64,000 nucleotides of DNA, from the NCBI GenBank assembly GCA_964016885.1, contig OZ024742.1, forward strand, positions 149,234,001 to 149,298,000, read 5' to 3'. Below, one piece after another: positions 38,560-52,910 of the stretch. Source of the DNA: Eledone cirrhosa. Lineage: Eukaryota. Numbering within the stretch: the stretch's first letter is position 1; every line of letters starts with the position of its first letter. The position numbers were made by a program, and so were the translations under genes. The notes beneath the pieces are model-generated. The model searched no databases, was not told the origin of the DNA, and saw only the letters and a program-made list of their open reading frames with translations.

Positions 38560-39120
38560 GCATGGTGTTACATAACTCGACAGAAGGTAATCTCCGACAT
38601 GCACTTGATAGGTTTGATGCCGAATGCTGCATAGCTGGATTGAAAACCAGTGCTGTGAAAACTGAGACACTCGTTCTCTCAAGGAAGCCTGCGCAGTGCA
38701 CTCTACATGTGAATGGAGTTCCACTGAAGCAGGTGAAGTTGAAGTATTTCGGGACCGTGTTCACATGTGATGGAAGGCAGGAGGCTGAATTAGGTGCAAG
38801 AATTTGCAGGAGTTGGTGCAGTAATGCAGTATCACGACCGAAATGGGGTTCCTCCGAAGGGTCTTTGGAATAACATTACTCGATAGAGGGCGCAGCTCGG
38901 AGATCAGAGAGTTAATCTAGGTAGAACCGCTTCTTCTCCGATTTGAGAGGTCATAGCTCCAATATTATGAGCATGTGGTTAGAATGTCTGAGGAAAGAAT
39001 CGCTTGGGGATCCAGTCTGATCAGTTGGAGACGGTTCCTTCTGAGACAGGACCCGCTGGAAGAAGTGTTTGAGGAATCTTCCCCCACGACCCTCTCTAGA
39101 ATAAGTGGGCGAAGAAGAAG
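38560..39120 (+). mobile_element. RTE-clade LINE fragment
   Basis: LRHALDRFDAECCIAGLKTSAVKTETLVL..LKQV.KLKYFGTVFTCDG; ends in (GAA)n. Confidence 0.8.
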
Positions 39121-39449
39121 CTCCAATTTATTCAGCTAGCAAAAATGAGTTGTATCTGTAATTCAAGGGACCAGCCTTGTTACAAATTTTGTTCCGTCTA
39201 ATCTCCTTGAAAACCACCTTAAGGGTTCACGTGACTGCGGAGTGCTCACGTTAATTGCATGAGCAGGCTAATCCTAACCCTAACCTTAATACTAACTTCT
39301 CATAGCGGCCCAACATCTACACACACACACCTACACACACGTGTACATTATATATATATATTTAAAGACTCTCTTCCTGCTATTTCAAGCGTTAAACTAA
39401 TATATTTCTTCCATGTAATGTGCCGTTTGTTTTGTTATTTCTGTTTTCC

Positions 39450-39502
<53 letters not shown>

Positions 39503-42500
39503 TATATAAAGGCTTAACATACTCTAGATCCTATACTAGGAACTACACAATATTTTTCGCCACAACCGTAGCTCAATACAACCAATTGCCTGACCAACCA
39601 TAAAGCTGGAAAGGATATGATATTAGGGCGTGGAGTGACTCAATGGGAACTTAACTTATAGGAGTATCAAACTTAAATTAACCATAAACAGTATCATAAA
39701 ACCATTGCTATCTATATCTATATGCTATAAATACCAAATATAAAATGTAAATCATAAACATTTATAAGTCATAAATACCTTTTGGTCATAAACGCTTCGG
39801 TTTGATTCATTTCTCTGCTGATTAACTTACTAATGTAGATTGGCATTTTATAAATAAAATTTCTCATTTCCGCTTAATTAGACAGGCTTCAAAAAATATA
39901 AAAAATACTGTTAGGTTTTATTCAATTAGTATTATATTTCATATAACGACGGTATATGAAATACATGTGTACTATATATGATATTTCAAGTGTTCCTGAT
40001 ATATCTGGTGTTAGTTTTGTCTAAAAGAGAAGTTATACTGCATTTCATGTTATATATTTCCAGATGTCGAGTTGCAAAGGCAATAAGTACCTCAGTCCAA
40101 CTGTATTCAATACATACACTAATGATAAAACAGAAAGGTGATCTTAGTCCATAAACCAGTTTCCACATCCGGTTAAAGCCATTTAACATCGTTCTAAAGA
40201 AATGCATACATGTCAAAACTTCTATAAATCTAAATGTGAGGCCTTGTGCCCACTAAGACGATAGTAAAGAAGAAAGACGAAGGAGAGAACTAACAACAAC
40301 AACAAAGTGAGATCTTAACCTTTCTAAACCCATTCAGTTAAAGAAGCTTGACGAATTCCCCTCGTTATCTTAGCACGTGTCTTCTATATGACCTCTTTTG
40401 TTCTCTCCTCAGGTGTGACGATATTTTTATCATGCTAAATTGAGTTGGGCTTTTGAAGCCGCGAAATACTTTATACTTCAGTAGTTAGTAATTTGTAGTT
40501 GCATATTGAAAGATAATATTCTTTCTTCATTGAAAGATATTTCTCTTCTAAAAGGAAAACATTCTTTTTTTTTTTTTCACGCGGTCCTTTGAATTAGGAC
40601 TATTTAGTTGAGAGACAATCAATTTATTATGGATTTATGAATTGTATTAAATATGAATATAATATACCGTCAATAGATGTCATGTACCATTTAGTGCTGT
40701 CGAGCAAGAGGTGAATTCTCAGCGAATCAAATACACTACGTGGTTTCACTTCTTATTTGGAGTCGATACACCTACCCACCTAGCCATCCACCCACCGTAT
40801 GTAATGATCTCGAGAAAAAACTTCAAGGTCACATATCTCGAATTTCCTTTCATTCCGAGTTTTTCTGCGTGATTAAAAGAAAACGATATTGTTATGCCTA
40901 TAATGTAATTTTGAATCCATAATGAATCTAATTCTCCCTATTTATGTCAGTAATACTTTTGCAAAAGGCATGAATCTCATAACATTCTATTTCCAGTCCA
41001 TTAAAACACACACAATAATATATTTAGTTGAAGGAAAATGATTTATGTTGGTTTGACCGATACATAAATATATTTGTTTTGGAACTCCGTCGGCTTCGAC
41101 AAAGAATGTTCCTGTTGATTCGATCAACGATGACTAGAACTTCGTTATCAGCCGAGCATTCCACATACACGTGCGCTCTTAATGTAGTTCTCAGGGAGAT
41201 TCTGTGTGACACTGTGACAAAGCGGGTTGCCTTTTGAATCACATCATAGGTACAATTTCTTTTTTTTCCAGCAGAGTGGAATAAAATGTCTTGCTCAAGG
41301 ACAAAACGTACGCCCCAGGAAATTGAACACCCGATCGTAAGAAAACTACTTAAACACACCCAATTTTAAAAAATTTCGAAATGGGTTTACTTACGAGGAC
41401 CCTAATTAATTAAAATTCTGAGTGATAACTTATTATCATTTTTATTTTTGTGATATGCATGATCCCTTTAACACTGCTGTAAATAATGGCGAAGTATAGA
41501 TATTTCATTAACTCTATCATTACCCACTCACCTAAAATCGCACCTGGTTCTATGTTATGAAACTTTATTTCAAAGTGTTTATATTTATCTAAAAACCTTC
41601 TATTATAATTTTATGTAAGAACCGTTTAGTTCCAAATACCAGCTTAATAATGAGAAAATTAATTACATTATTAAATCCCCCAAATTACTGATTATTTTGA
41701 AAATCATAGACAATACCCTGTATTAAAAATATATATGGTAACGAACTAGCTAAACTCTGATGGAATATGAAATCAAAGCGTAGAAAACCAGAAGAAATAT
41801 GTATTTTGTCCTACGCTCAAATGATTACCCGTTCAGGTGACAGTTACAGAGAAATGCGTCAATACAATTTATATAATGAATAAAACTATCCACAAGTATG
41901 GTTCCGTTACTCCTGATGGAGTCTGAAGGGCGCCGTATTGACATACGACGTTTCTTGGGCATTTTAAAGCCTGGTAGAGCCCATCACTTTCTAGGCTTGA
42001 GTATAGTAGATTTCTTCCAGAAGAAGATAGAAAGTGAGATAGAGGAAGTGAGAAAGAGTTATAGAAGAAGAATCAACCCCAGTACCTGACGGGTAATTTT
42101 TTTATCGGCCTCGAAAGGACGAAAGGCAAAGTTGACCTCAGCGTGATTTGAACGAATACCATAAAGCATTCTATCCGACTTTCTAACGACTCTGCCAATT
42201 GGTAGCCACATATATACAGTACAGTAAAAAGAAGAAAAAGAGGTTAAACTCGCACACTCAACAAAGGGCGCTGAAACCCTCTTCTAATCCTTTTTGAGGC
42301 AAGCCAAAACCCTCGCAGCTTTACCATGGGTGATAACGAGGTCAAGGCACTGGAGTAACCTAGCACACTCGTGGGCATCACCTGGCGAGCCACCAACGAT
42401 GACTAGAACTTCGGTATCAGCCGATAGTTCCTCTGGCCATGCTCTACAGCCAACTATGAGTGGAAGTAGTGAGGGAGATATTTAAATTCCTAAGAGCTTT

Positions 42501-42768
42501 ACAACGATTGAAAGATGGGCAAATGGAAAATGAGAAGCCATATATTTTCTCTCAAAACAAATGTTGTACTTGGATCACATGTGCGATTGTTTACTCTGGT
42601 TTCTAATCCTTAAATTAATTAGATTTCTCCATCAACAGTGTTTAATGCATCAACCTGTCTGTCTACTTTTACATTCCAGAAATATCGAAATAGTTGCATA
42701 ATTGTCTGATATATAACAGATCTTTGAAAATGCAAGTATGCATAAATGTCTGTATGTGTTTGTGTTTG

Positions 42769-42843
<75 letters not shown>

Positions 42844-42907
42844 ACTCATACACACACATGCCTATATGTATCTGCCCGTACATATATTGAGAGGAAGATA
42901 AAAAACG

Positions 42908-43021
<114 letters not shown>

Positions 43022-43265
43022 GAGAGAGAGAGAGAAGAATTGAGAAAGAAATATAAAAGAAGAAATGGCCCCAGTACTTGACTGATATTTTTTTAGCGAC
43101 CTCGAAAGGATGAAAAACAAAGTTAGTCTCGGTGGGATTTGAACTCAGAATGCAGAAAGCCGGAACGAATACCGCAAAACATCTTCCATTAAAGATTAAG
43201 TTGTCTTTCTTTTGGATATTCAAAAAATAGTTATACTGCATTACACTACACCACGCGCGCGCCTG

Positions 43266-43302
<37 letters not shown>

Positions 43303-43802
43303 GGTAGAAGCGAAATGCTTATGGGAGTGTTCTGTATGAAGAAAATACTGCTTGTAAACAGTAAGAAAAATACTTAAATCACCTGAGACTTTCGGCTGTT
43401 AGAGGCAACAGTCAAATGTCTTCAAATTACTCATTATCACCCTAAAAAAGAAAAGATACACAAGATAATGTAGTTTTAGATCTACACAAAAGAAGCGATG
43501 ATCATGGTTGGAATGCATTTGATTAAACTTCACCAAGGGTTACAAAAGATAAACCGACGGCGCCATATAGTTTATTTGTCGAGTCTATCCCATTTGGAGT
43601 TATATTTTCAAATGAGATAATATGAGTCAATATTACGATGTGATCAGATACAACACAGAGCCAATTACAACACAAAACCACCCACTCTCCTCTAGTTGCT
43701 CACTATTTCATTACGTCTTCATCTTACGCTAGTATACTTTGTAACATAGGCTTAGGCATGGTTGATCGGTTAAGGAGTTTGCTTACGTAAAACGCTTATA
43801 AA

Positions 43803-44203
43803 TAATTGTTTCTGCATTTGGCACAAGGCCAACAATTATGCCAGTTCATTACTGCTACTTTATTTTATCGACCCCGTAAGGATGAAAGGCAAAGTTAACT
43901 TCGGCGGGATTTGATCTCACAACGTATAGGGCCATAACTCTATGCTGCAAAGCATGGCGTCCGACCTTCTATCGATACTGCCATTGGTTTCTGATTTACG
44001 CACAAGTCCAAGAATATTTTGAGAAGGGATAAATGGCTAAGGCGATTAAATCAATCCAGTGTGTCACTGGTGCTTTATTTTATCAACCCCGTAAGGATAA
44101 AAGGCAAAGCTTAACTCGGCGGGATTTGAACGTAAAGGAAGGTAACTATATGCTGCAAAGCATGGTGTCTAACGCTCTACCGATACTGCTAATCCACCGA
44201 ACT
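43803..44203 (-). mobile_element. Two tandem family-A SINEs
   Basis: Two consecutive copies with core and B box. Confidence 0.82.
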
Positions 44204-44584
44204 TAAGCGCTTAAAAATAATAAAATTTCAATTAAATAAAAGACAAGCTTTTGGTAATGGTTCTCATTTGTTTAGTTATTCTTTTAGATTAAAAGAGAAA
44301 AAAAAAAACTCAAGGCCTTTCAATTCATCGTTACAAGGAGCTTTCCATGTTACTGCAGTGTTGTATTTTCTTATCATAGAACCTTGTTGGCGACAATTGA
44401 TTAAGATTTCCTGTATGTATGAACCCTATACTCAAGATGATGTCGCAGGGGCACCGTATTGACATACGGCATTTCTTGTGCATTTTAAAACTGGCGGAAC
44501 CCATCTCCTCTCCAGGTCTGAATACAATCTGCTTCTTCAAGAGAAGGAAAGAGAAAAAGAGAGAGAGGGAAAGATAGAGAGAGT

Positions 44585-44649
<65 letters not shown>

Positions 44650-44789
44650 GAAGTGAAAAATAAATTTAAAAGAAGAATCAATCCCAGTATTGGACTGTTA
44701 CTTTTTTAGCGATACCGAAAGGGTGAAAGACATTAGAGCGCAGAGAACTGGAATGAATACTATAATGCAATTTATTCAATGTTCTAACT

Positions 44790-45425
44790 TCTTCTTCTTG
44801 CTCGATGGGACTGGAGTCATCCTAGGTCAGCGATCCCAGAGCCGTCATCGTACGTAGAGTCGACTAGGTCGACTACTGCTCTCCATCGCTGATAGTCCTA
44901 TTCCAGCCCTCTGCATCATCGAATGTGACGTCGAACCCTTCCTTAAGATTTTCCTTAATCACATCCAGCCTTCTGGTGCAAGGCTTACCACGGGGCCTCT
45001 TCCATCGCACAGCTGCTGCGTCGAACGAGAGTAAGGCGCTGGTAGGATGATCTGGCAGGAAGTGGAGGACATGTCCATACCAGCGATTGCAGTGGATAAC
45101 TACGAGGTGGGAGGCTGCGGGCTGATGCGTGTCCGCACGCAGCTCTTCGCTGGAAATGTACCATTTAATGTTTTCGTTGGTCCTCAGGGCTCTGCTATCG
45201 AAGCCGTTGATATTTTTTGCTACATTTTCATCGTGAGGGGCCACATTTCTGCCCCACAGTGGCGAACGGAGAGGACTGATGCGTTGTAGATCCGGAGCTT
45301 CGTCTTTCAGGAGATATAACAGTGGCACCAAAGGGGTTTCCACAGGCAGTGCATGACCCCAGAGGCGTTAATCTCCGGGGTCTGGTATCCATTGTTGGTG
45401 ACTGTGGAGTCCAGGTAAATAAAGG
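44790..45425 (-). mobile_element. RTE-clade LINE 3' fragment
   Basis: FIYLDSTVT, RWYGHVL and WKRPRGKPCTRRLDVIKENL; (AAG)n tail. Confidence 0.8.
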
Positions 45426-45618
45426 AAGGGGTCGATAAAATAAAATAGCAGTAATGCGCTGGAGTTGATTTAATCGACTTTTCCCTTCCCTTCAAATTAC
45501 TGGCTTTGTGCCAAATGTAGAAACAATTATTAATGACGTACACTTAATCATCAAAATCAACATTATCAACAAAATCAACATTATCAACATCGCAACTAAA
45601 TACTAAATAGTACATTAA

Positions 45619-45848
45619 CCCTTTCGTGGCTGTTTCTAAAGAAATATATTGTATTTCAATTAATTAATGAAGAATTTTGAGGAATTTACTAAAATTATCA
45701 TTAATTTCATTAATAAGATAGTAACTGTGCATAGAGTTCTTATATAGAATTATGTTGGAAGATTTTACCTTACATAGGGAGCCTTTAAAATTAGAGGCTT
45801 TGTTTCATAGAATCAGAGGTGATTTTAGCCGAGATGGTACCAAAAGAG
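45619..45848. mobile_element. piggyBac-like MITE
   Basis: TTAA|CCCTTTCG...CCAAAAGAG|TTAA; internal similarity to 240-836. Confidence 0.6.
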
Positions 45849-46602
45849 TTAACGGTTATTTTTATAATGGAATTCATGGCGTTCGATTAGCAGTATCGGT
45901 AGGACGACGGGCAACATACCTTGCCGTGTTTAGTGATGAATTTCAAATCTAGCCGAGGTCAACTTTGTCTTTCATCCTTCCGGGGTTGATAAAATAAAGT
46001 ACCAGTTAAGTACTAGGGTCATTTTAATAGATTTTCTCCTCCCGAAACTTGCTGGCATTGAACCAAAAGAAGAAATTATGATAGAATTCATACAGAAAAA
46101 AATCGCCAATTCATAACATGAGCTAAGGTTTTGATAGAGTCGAGGTCATTATATGGCGTAGGCTGCAGATACTGCAGTAGACCACACGCTAAAGCAGCAC
46201 ACGTCAAGCCCTGGGAGGTCGTTTAATTCACTCCATCTTTCTCCAAAGTGTGTGGCCTTGTGGTGCACAATGTTAAGACATAATTTGGCAACAGAAGCAG
46301 TAGTAGGCGGAGGTATGTGTTTATGTATGTATGTATGTATGTATGTATGTATGTATGTATGTATGTATGTATGTACGTATGTACGTGTGTATGTATGTAT
46401 GTATGTATGTATGTACGTATGTACGTATGTATGTAACTATGTATGTATGTACGTGTGTATATAACTATGTGTGTGTGTATGTATGTATGTACGTGTGTAT
46501 GTAACTATGTGTGTATGGGTGTACGTGTGTTTGTAACTATGTGTGTATGTCCGTATACATACTTAATAACCCCCCCCCCCCATATATATATATATATATA
46601 TA

Positions 46603-46675
46603 CAGGGTGTCCCCCTGTACAGGCAATATTTATTAGAATGCACAGCCTTTATGTATACATTTTCTGGGACACCCT

Positions 46676-46676
<1 letters not shown>
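46603..46676. mobile_element. 74-bp Tc1/mariner-type MITE
   Basis: TA|CAGGGTGTCCC ... GGGACACCCTG|TA within (TA)n. Confidence 0.8.
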
Positions 46677-46734
<58 letters not shown>

Positions 46735-47343
46735 ATGTATATATATATATATGCCTGTTTGTAAATCAAATATGTATCAGAATATGCTTATGTATACTTA
46801 TGTGTGTGTTTATTACATGTGATTGTATGGAGACGCGGTTCAGGTGAACGCGTGGGTAAGAATAATTTTATTTACTAGAGTATATGCATATGTATACACA
46901 CGCACACACACACGCACGCACACACACACACACACATACACACACACATACTCGCGCATATGTAAGGTAGCTTGGGGTGGAATAGTTTTATGTAGTTCTA
47001 TAATGGAGACTGTCTGTATGGAAGGCGAGTGTGTTGCTCCGAGCCCTCGAAGGAGATGGATCATAATGGTATAAGCAAACATACTTAGCCGAGTGTAAGG
47101 TTAATGTTTGTGTAAATCTACCCTGGCGCCTGCTAACTGCACACACATACATACAGATTACACGCACACACACTCGCACACACACATACACATTCACACA
47201 GATAGACATTCACACACACACACCCCCACACACACAAATACACACTCACACACACACACATTCACACAGATACTCACACACTCACATACTCAGACAAACA
47301 CACACACAAATATACACTCATACACTCACATATTCACACAGAT

Positions 47344-47380
<37 letters not shown>

Positions 47381-47501
47381 CATAGATAGATAAAGAGAGA
47401 GAGAAGGAGGAGGAAAGGGAAGGAGAAAGAGAAACACAAAGAAACGGAGAGAGAGGAAGAAATTGAAAAACAAGAGAGGAAGAGAGAGAAGGAGAGTGAC
47501 G

Positions 47502-47599
<98 letters not shown>

Positions 47600-48017
47600 G
47601 AGGAAGAGGGAGAAGGAGACTGAATGAGGAAGAGAGAGTATGTGTGTGAGAGAGAGAGAGAGAGAGAGTGAGAGAGAGAGAGAGTGAGAGAGAGGGAGGA
47701 AGAGGGAGAAGGAGAGTGAATGAGGAAGAGAGAGTATGTGTGTGAGAGAGAGACAAATTGAAAGAAATCGAGAAGCCTCTGTGTCAACTATCACAGCCTT
47801 TAGGCATTAGTCATAGTACGTTTACTTCTGCTTGTGAAGCTTGGGTGTTCGTCTCTCTTGTACCATACTATCTCATTTTATTCCCTCCCTTTCTTTGCCC
47901 GTTCCCATACATATTTGTAGGTGTGTATGTGTGTGTGCGAATGTATGTATGTAAGTATGTATGTATGTATGTATGTATGTATGTATGTATGTATGTATGT
48001 ATGTATGTATTTATGTC

Positions 48018-48623
48018 AGGTCACCAGTTGGTGCTACTGGTAACATGTATCCCAGTACAACCTGTCTCATGGTCGGGTCGTTGGCGACTAAACTGGCAAC
48101 CCCACCAAGTTTTCTTGGTGAGGAGGGTGACTTTGGACATCCTGCGGGACTAAAAACAAAACCTGTCAAAGGGCAAAGGAGCTCTTAAGAGTCAATGGCC
48201 ATCCAAAATCACCGGGAGAGATGACCCCTTAGCCTTTGTCAAGGCAGAATTCTAGGAGAAGGAAAACTCTGATATAACACCTGCAACTCTGATGGTATCC
48301 AATGATGTTGACTTGTTCTTCTTTTTGGTAAATATCATCTTGGTTAAGAGAGTGGGACTGGCTTTGTGCAGTGCCTTTGCTCACTATAAAAGCTTCACGG
48401 CACAGGCATTGCTTTATATCTGGAGATCTCTCTGCACTTGTCCTCACATGGTACCATGGGCCCAGCACTATGTGTCAATAATTGTCACAAGTGTAGTGTT
48501 TGTACCAGAGTTTTCAAGTCGCTGGCTGGACTAAAAAGTCACACTCGTTCAGCGCTTCGGTAGGGGTTCTCCTACATGGATATAGAGTAGTGGCCGTACT
48601 CGAAAACGAGTTGGCAGCCACCA
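48018..48623 (+). mobile_element. ~600 bp non-autonomous retroposon in (ATGT)n, longest copy
   Basis: Flanked by (ATGT)n and (AT)n. 3' stem-loop GTGGC-CGT-ACTCG aaaa CGAGT-TGGCA-GCCAC. Highly similar to copies at 16922-17333, 49280-49587 and 49608-50009. Confidence 0.85.
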
Positions 48624-48627
48624 TATG

Positions 48628-48659
<32 letters not shown>

Positions 48660-48663
48660 TGTG

Positions 48664-48695
<32 letters not shown>

Positions 48696-48914
48696 TGTGT
48701 GTATATATATGTATGTATATATATATATGTATGTATAAAATATGTATATATATATATGTATGTATATGTATGTATATATATATATGTATGTATGTATATG
48801 TATATATATATATATATGTATGTATATATGTATGTATATATATATGTATGTATATATATGTGTATATATATATATATGTATGTATATATATGTGTATATA
48901 TATATATATGTATG

Positions 48915-48947
<33 letters not shown>

Positions 48948-49279
48948 GTATATATATGTATGTGTGTATATGTATGTATGTATATGTATGTATGTATATG
49001 TATGTATGTATATATATATATGTATGTATGTATATATATATATGTATGTATGTATGTATATATATATATATATATATGTATGTATATATATATGTATATA
49101 TATATATGTATGTATATATATATATGTATGTATATATATATGTATATATATATATGTATGTATATATATATATGTATGTATATATATATGTATATATATA
49201 TATGTATGTATATATATATATGTATCTATATATACATATATGTATATATATATATGTATGTATATATATATATGTATGT

Positions 49280-50009
49280 AAATATCATCTTGGTAAATAT
49301 CATCTTGGTTAAGAGAGTGGGACTGGCTTTGTGCAGTGCCTTTGCTCACTATAAAAGCTTCACGGCACAGGCATTGCTTTATATCTGGAGATCTCTCTGC
49401 ACTTGTCGTCACATGGTACCAAAGGCAAAGCACTATGTGTCAATAATTGTCACAAGTGTAGTGTTTGTAACAGTTTTCAAGTCGCTGGCTGGACTAAAAA
49501 GTCACACTCGTTCAGTGCATCGGTAGGGGTTCTCCTACATGGATATAAAGTAGTGGCCGTACTCGAAAACGAGTTGGCAGCCACCATGTATGTATGTATG
49601 TATGTATGACCCCCTTAGCCTTTGTCAAGGCAGAATTCTAGGAGAAGGAAAACTCTGATATAACACCTGCAACCCTGATGGTATCCAATGATGTCGACTT
49701 GTTCTTCTTTTTGGTAAATATCATCTTGGTTAAGAGAGTGGGACTGGCTTTGTGCAGTGCCTTTGCTCACTATAAAAGCTTCACGGCACAGGCATTGCTT
49801 TATATCTGGAGATCTCTCTGCACTTGTCATCACATGGTACCATGGGCCCTGCACTATGTGTCAATAATGGTCACAAGTGTAGTCTTTGTACCAGAGTTTT
49901 CAAGTCGCTGGCTGGACTAAAAAGTCACACTCGTTCAGCGTATCGGTAGGAGTTCTCCTACATGGATATAAAGTAGTGGCCGTACTCGAAAACGAGTTGG
50001 CAGCCACCA
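49280..50009 (+). mobile_element. Two tandem 5'-truncated copies of the (ATGT)n-embedded retroposon
   Basis: 49280-49587 and 49608-50009 both end GGCAGCCACC followed by (ATGT)n. Confidence 0.88.
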
Positions 50010-50139
50010 TGTATGTATGTATGTATGTATGTATGTATGTATGTATGTATGTATGTATGTATGTATGTATGTGTGTGTGCGTACGTACGTATGTATGTAT
50101 GTTTGTATATATATGTATGTTTGTATATATATGTATGTT

Positions 50140-50202
<63 letters not shown>

Positions 50203-51067
50203 AGTGTAACTTGGAGTTATTGTAGGTTCACCCGGGTGAGCACTCGATGTTTAGGTTCACTTCTGTGTCGAGGTGTAGAGCTATACAGAGTGTATTATAA
50301 TGAAAAGATAACACGGACGATTGGTTACTTCTTCATTACATTTATTGGTAGGTGACGCGCGTTTCGCCACTGGTCAGCTCAAAGTTCAATCTGTATCGAT
50401 CTTACCCGACTCAATAATCCGCAGCTCGACGGACCCCTTAAAATGCTAGTAGAAAATGAATACACGCTATATGATAAAGTCAGAAGTTCATATGTTGGTC
50501 AATAAGGCTTGTTTTGATTGGTGGAATAGATCATAGGGATGTTTTCGCCTGTAGTGTATGTGGGGGTGGATATGATGATAAGATGGTGGTGACGGTCGCA
50601 GGCTAAGATGGGCTGTGGTGTGTGTGTGTGTGGGGGGGGGGAAATTATCGGTAGGACAGATTAATGAAGGAGTAACCAATCGCCCTTGTTATCTTTTCAA
50701 TATATATATATATATATATAACGAAGGAAATGTGGTAAGGAACCAGGTGGACCATAACGCACCAAAGTACTCAATACTTGTGGTAGTAGAGTGGGTAATA
50801 GGAACCAGTAAGACCCCGACAGCTGAGCTCAAGCCGTTTCGACGGCTAATTCTGGAGACAGCATATATATGTGTATATTATTTCTGAAGACAGCATATAT
50901 ATGTGTAGGTATGTATATTCCCTCTGATAGTTTGTATAAATATTTTACATAGATCTATAGAATATGCATACCAACACTAACACATATATATATCCTAGAA
51001 ACGATCGTAAAATGCTGAATTTTTTTAATATAAGGAACTGTTTCTTTGTTTATTCATTATTTTATTA

Positions 51068-51120
<53 letters not shown>

Positions 51121-51123
<3 letters not shown>

Positions 51124-51730
51124 CGTTTCTGAATTTGTTTAGCAAGATTCTTTATCTGAAAACGTGTGTTGAAACTGATATTGTTATACTTTGGGAGGGT
51201 CATGTTTGGCAATAAGAAACACACTCACCAGTTGCTTTCACTCCAATTTTTATAAATTAAATTTATAAATTTAAGAATTTATAAATTTCCGTTTGGTTGG
51301 TTGGTTCCAATAGAAAACATGAATGGAACAGCAACATCACAACTTACAATTAAGGACAAAATGAAAACACACATAGAACAAACAACCAACCTGTAAATAA
51401 ACACATAAATAAACAAATATAAACACACACAGACACCCGGATGTAACACATGAGCAAACTAAGCACACAACACACACAAAAACAAGATGGCGTAGGACAG
51501 AACAAAGGAGAAGCACAAAAACAAAGAAAAGAATCCCCAGTCACTGAAGAGGTCATAGAATGTGTGACGAAAGAACTTTGACAATATATGAACAACCACG
51601 TGGTTGTGGAACCAACCAACCAACCGGAAATTTATAAATTCTTAAATTTATAAATTTAATTTATAATAAATTGGAGTGAAAGCAACTGGTGCGTGTGTTT
51701 CTTATTGGCAACATGACCCTCCCAAAGCAT

Positions 51731-51736
<6 letters not shown>
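51121..51736. mobile_element. Family P insert with inverted arms and central hammerhead-like motif
   Basis: The inner part of 51121-51310 is inverted relative to 51609-51736; bounded by (TA)n on both sides. Confidence 0.78.
51540..51582 (+). ncRNA. Hammerhead-like motif in TA-embedded repeat family
   Basis: GTCA-CTGAAGA-G-GTCATA gaatg TGTGAC-GAAA GAAC TT-TGAC. Degenerate homologues lie at ~16000-16035 (+), ~16368-16402 (-) and ~52082-52118 (-), with stem II pairing largely retained. Confidence 0.5.
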
Positions 51737-51818
<82 letters not shown>

Positions 51819-51899
51819 ATATATAGTGAAAGATCGAAGAGTAACAAGGGGCTTTATTTCACGTATTAACTGGATTACCTATAACGATAACTTGTTATC

Positions 51900-51933
<34 letters not shown>

Positions 51934-52559
51934 GTTCATTTATTTAGCAAGATTCTTGATGTGAAATCGTGTGTTGAAACCGATATTGTTATATTCGGGG
52001 AATGTCATTGTGCTAGTTTGCCAATAAAATATGAATTTCACTTCTTCATTTTATCTTTATTGCTAGTTATTTGTTAATTCGTCAGTTCTTTCGTCATATA
52101 TTCTGTGACCTCAATGACTATCTCTTCTCTTTTGTGCCTTCTCCTCTTTCTGGTTTTAATCTGCTACTTCATCTTGTCAAAGATGGAGCAGCAGATTAAG
52201 ATCAGAAAAAAGAAGAGGTACAAAAGAGAACAGATAATCAACGGGGTGTTAAATCTTTATAAGTGTTAATTTGCTGAATGATCTCTCTCCTGAATACTAA
52301 CTATGGACAATTACTTCTATCATCACATAACTAAACTCACAAGGTGGGCGGGGGAACAGTAAGTTTTCAACTTCATTTCTAACCTCTGCATCAGATAAAT
52401 TACATAATTTCACCATGGCTTTGAATTTATGCACCAATTCATAGACTAACCTACCTTTTTTTTAAGGCAACAAGCAACTGGTTTAAAATGATATTAATAC
52501 ATTAAAGGTCCTACGTCTGAGTTTGTCTTCTGTGGAAGGAACAATTTCTGAAATTGATG

Positions 52560-52910
52560 TTGGATTTGCATTGTCATGTTGATCTACCATGAATATCTAT
52601 GGATGACTTTGTGCTGGACGGTGTTCATAATAGAGAGTCCATTGCTAGAACAGAAGTCTAATAACGCCTCTCCATTCGTATATCGATCCGGATCGCTGTT
52701 TCATTCCAATCACTCCTTTCCATGTCAGGTGACCAGTGCCAATATGTGCATTGAAGACTCCCATTAGGATATATGATTCAGTCTTAACTACATCTAACGC
52801 TGCAGTGACTTCATCAAGTATGGAGCAGTATTTAGACTCTTTGTTTGTTGCATAAAATTGAATCACCCACAGCAGCCTATCTTTCAACCTTAGTTTCAAG
52901 GGGTAAATCT
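52560..52910 (-). mobile_element. LINE (RTE-like) AP endonuclease fragment
   Basis: VIQFYAT..ILMGVFNAHIG (degenerate GDFNA motif). Confidence 0.65.

Noticed and set aside
48500-49526. Long Y/I/M/C-rich ORFs
   Set aside because: AT/ATGT microsatellite translations.
50812-50852. GAAAC..GTC half-hammerhead on the minus strand
   Set aside because: The CTGAnGA half is missing; at most a truncated relic.
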